Positions 62,202 to 64,000 of a DNA stretch of 64,000 bases are shown in pieces. The notes under the pieces were generated by a model. The model was not told the DNA's origin, did no database searches, and saw only the letters and a list, made by a program, of their open reading frames with translations. Position numbers and translations under genes: made by a program. Origin of the DNA: a bacterium (lineage in GTDB: Bacteria; UBA8248); NCBI GenBank assembly GCA_965203325.1, contig OZ241875.1:3200001-3264000 (forward strand), given 5' to 3'. Within the stretch, counting starts at the first letter, position 1. Each line of letters begins with the position of its first letter.

Positions 62202-63056
62202 ATGGAATTTTTACGCGCTGCATCGGTGGATGAGGCATTGGCGGCTGCGCGGGATGGCGCGGCTTTCGTGGCGGGCGGCACGAACCTCGTGCCGGACGTG
62301 CTCTTCGGGCGCAAGAAGATAGCGCGCGCGGTGGACATCAGCCGCCTGGATGAGCTTCGCTTCATCGAGGAGGCGGACGGGAAGATCAGAATCGGCGCGC
62401 TGGCGACGGTCACGGATTTGCTCGATTCGGTGTTGATACGCGATGCCGCCTCGCCTTTGTACGAGAGCGCCCTGGAGTTCGCGGGCCCCCTGGTGAGGAA
62501 CCGCGCGAGCGTGGCGGGAAACCTCATGGACGCCTCGCCCGCCGCCGATCTGGCCCCGCCCCTGCTGGCGCAGGACGCCGTCGTCGAACTGGCCTCGGCG
62601 GCGGGGGAACGCGTTCTTCCGCTTTCGGAATTTTTTCTCGACTACCGGAAAACGGCCGCGCAACCGGAAGAACTCATGACGGCCGTCGTCATCGATCCGC
62701 TGGGGACGGCGGATCGTTGCGCGTACCACAAGCTCCAGCTCAGGCGCGCGATGGCCATCGCCGTCGTGGGCGTGGCGGTCGTTCTGCGGATGGAAGACAG
62801 CGTTTGCGCGGGGGCCGCCATCAGCCTCGGGTCAGTGGCCGCGGTGCCGTATCGCGCGCACGCCGCCGAGGCGCACCTTCGCGGCAAGGAAATCGGGGAG
62901 GCGGAGATCGAGGCGGCGGCAGCCGCCGCGGCGGACGGCGCCCGGCCCATTGACGACGTGCGGGCGAGCGCGGCGTACCGCAGGAAAATGTGCGGCGTGC
63001 TGGTCCGGCGCCTGCTGAAAAAAGCGCTGGAAATGCCGCAAAGCGCCGCCGTATGA
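62202..63056 (+). CDS. Xanthine dehydrogenase-family FAD-binding subunit (CoxM-like)
   Basis: VAGGTNL, IGAL, VRNRASVAGNL, SPAAD, PIDDVRASAAYR. Confidence 0.92.
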   Translation: MEFLRAASVDEALAAARDGAAFVAGGTNLVPDVLFGRKKIARAVDISRLDELRFIEEADGKIRIGALATVTDLLDSVLIRDAASPLYESALEFAGPLVRNRASVAGNLMDASPAADLAPPLLAQDAVVELASAAGERVLPLSEFFLDYRKTAAQPEELMTAVVIDPLGTADRCAYHKLQLRRAMAIAVVGVAVVLRMEDSVCAGAAISLGSVAAVPYRAHAAEAHLRGKEIGEAEIEAAAAAAADGARPIDDVRASAAYRRKMCGVLVRRLLKKALEMPQSAAV

Positions 63057-63088
63057 TGAAAATTCGGCATTTTGATTGAGAGAAGACG

Positions 63089-63571
63089 ATGGGTACATAC
63101 GAAATTAAACTGCGCGTGAATGGGAAGGACGAAACCCTCGCCGTGCGGGGGGAGGAGACGCTCCTGCGCGCGCTGAGACGGGTTGGCTACGTCGAGGTGA
63201 AGCTCAGCTGCGAGGGCGGCGATTGCGGCGCGTGCGCCGTCTTGCTCGACGGCGTGGCGGTGAACGCCTGCCTCGTGTTCGCCGCGCAGGCGGACGGCGC
63301 CGAAATCACCACCGTTCGGGGGGTCGGAACCGAAGGCGACCTCCACCCGGTTCAGGAGCAGCTCATCGAAAAAGGCGGCGTGCAGTGCGGGTTCTGCACG
63401 CCGGGAATCGTCGTATCGGCGAAGGCGCTCCTCGATGAGAACACAGCGCCCACGCGCGAGGATATCCAGCGCGGCCTCGCGGGGAATCTTTGCCGGTGCA
63501 CGGGCTACAAGAAGATTTTCGAGGCGGTCTCGGCCGCCGCCGCTCAGATGAAAGAGGGAGGCAGCTCATGA
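63089..63571 (+). CDS. Xanthine dehydrogenase-family (2Fe-2S) subunit (CoxS-like)
   Basis: CEGGDCGAC...NAC and QCGFC...NLCRCTGY. Confidence 0.95.
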   Translation: MGTYEIKLRVNGKDETLAVRGEETLLRALRRVGYVEVKLSCEGGDCGACAVLLDGVAVNACLVFAAQADGAEITTVRGVGTEGDLHPVQEQLIEKGGVQCGFCTPGIVVSAKALLDENTAPTREDIQRGLAGNLCRCTGYKKIFEAVSAAAAQMKEGGSS

Positions 63572-64000
63572 GCGAGCGCGTCGTCGGCCGGCCCCACCCC
63601 ATCATCGACGCGGCCGAGAAAGTCTCGGGCGCCACGGTTTTCATCGACGATCTGGCGCTTCCGGGCGCGCTCACGGGGGTGGCGCTGCGCAGCCCCCATC
63701 CCCATGCGAGGATATTGCACGTCGACACGTCGGCCGCGGAGCGCCTGCCGGGCGTCGCCGTCGTGCTGTCCAAAAACAACACGCCCGACGCCCCGTTCGG
63801 CATCAACCACAAGGACGAGAGCGCGTTCTGCCGCGAGAAGGCCCGCTACGTGGGGGACGAAATCGCCGCCGTGGCCGCCGCGGACGAGGAGACCGCCCGC
63901 GAGGCGCTCGCGCTCATCCGCGTGGAATACGAGGTATTGCCCACGGTGGCGGACCCGTTCGCCGCGCTGGCGCCCGGAGCGCCTCTCGTCCACGATTCCG
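63568..64000 (+). CDS. Xanthine dehydrogenase-family molybdopterin-binding subunit (3'-truncated by window edge)
   Basis: Manual translation MSERVVGRPHPIIDAAEKVSG...LRSPHPHARI...ARYVGDEIAAVAA...VEYEVLP; ATGA overlap with the 2Fe-2S gene. Confidence 0.92.
   Translation, partial: MSERVVGRPHPIIDAAEKVSGATVFIDDLALPGALTGVALRSPHPHARILHVDTSAAERLPGVAVVLSKNNTPDAPFGINHKDESAFCREKARYVGDEIAAVAAADEETAREALALIRVEYEVLPTVADPFAALAPGAPLVHDS

Noticed and set aside
62202..64000. Calling the molybdoenzyme aerobic CO dehydrogenase or 4-hydroxybenzoyl-CoA reductase
   Set aside because: The diagnostic large-subunit active-site loop is outside the window, and the FAD subunit lacks the 4Fe-4S Cys insert of HcrB

Overview
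GC-rich bacterial chromosome segment. Gene order (zapB-zapA-6S-ygfA-rny-ymdB, mlaEDC, a divergent EF-G paralog) suggests a diderm of the Deltaproteobacteria/Nitrospinota-like radiation; this is inference only. Bases 1-21 kb are housekeeping: metH 3' end, tRNA-Leu, tig-clpP-clpX, tRNA-Val, thrS-infC-rpmI-rplT-pheST, the 6S RNA locus, an acyl-CoA mutase and alaS. Bases 21-47.7 kb are mixed accessory genes with dense clusters of small palindromic/MITE-like repeats. Bases 47.8-64 kb hold a LysR-linked catabolic island: UbiD, CoA-transferase, M20 amidohydrolase, LLM oxidoreductase, two divergent CysK-family enzymes, a Liv-type ABC importer, an AhpD-like protein and a xanthine-dehydrogenase-family molybdoenzyme. 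The main hidden signals are two genes that the ORF track splits at in-frame TGA codons, each followed by a SECIS-like hairpin: a UGSC-family selenoprotein (36945-37490, minus) and a CxxU AhpD-like selenoprotein (61335-62132) inside the catabolic operon. Also seen are an unannotated 49-aa membrane ORF between rpmI and rplT and two probable pseudo-enzymes. No CRISPR array, rRNA, transposase or phage genes were seen. All family calls come from motif recognition by eye, not database searches.
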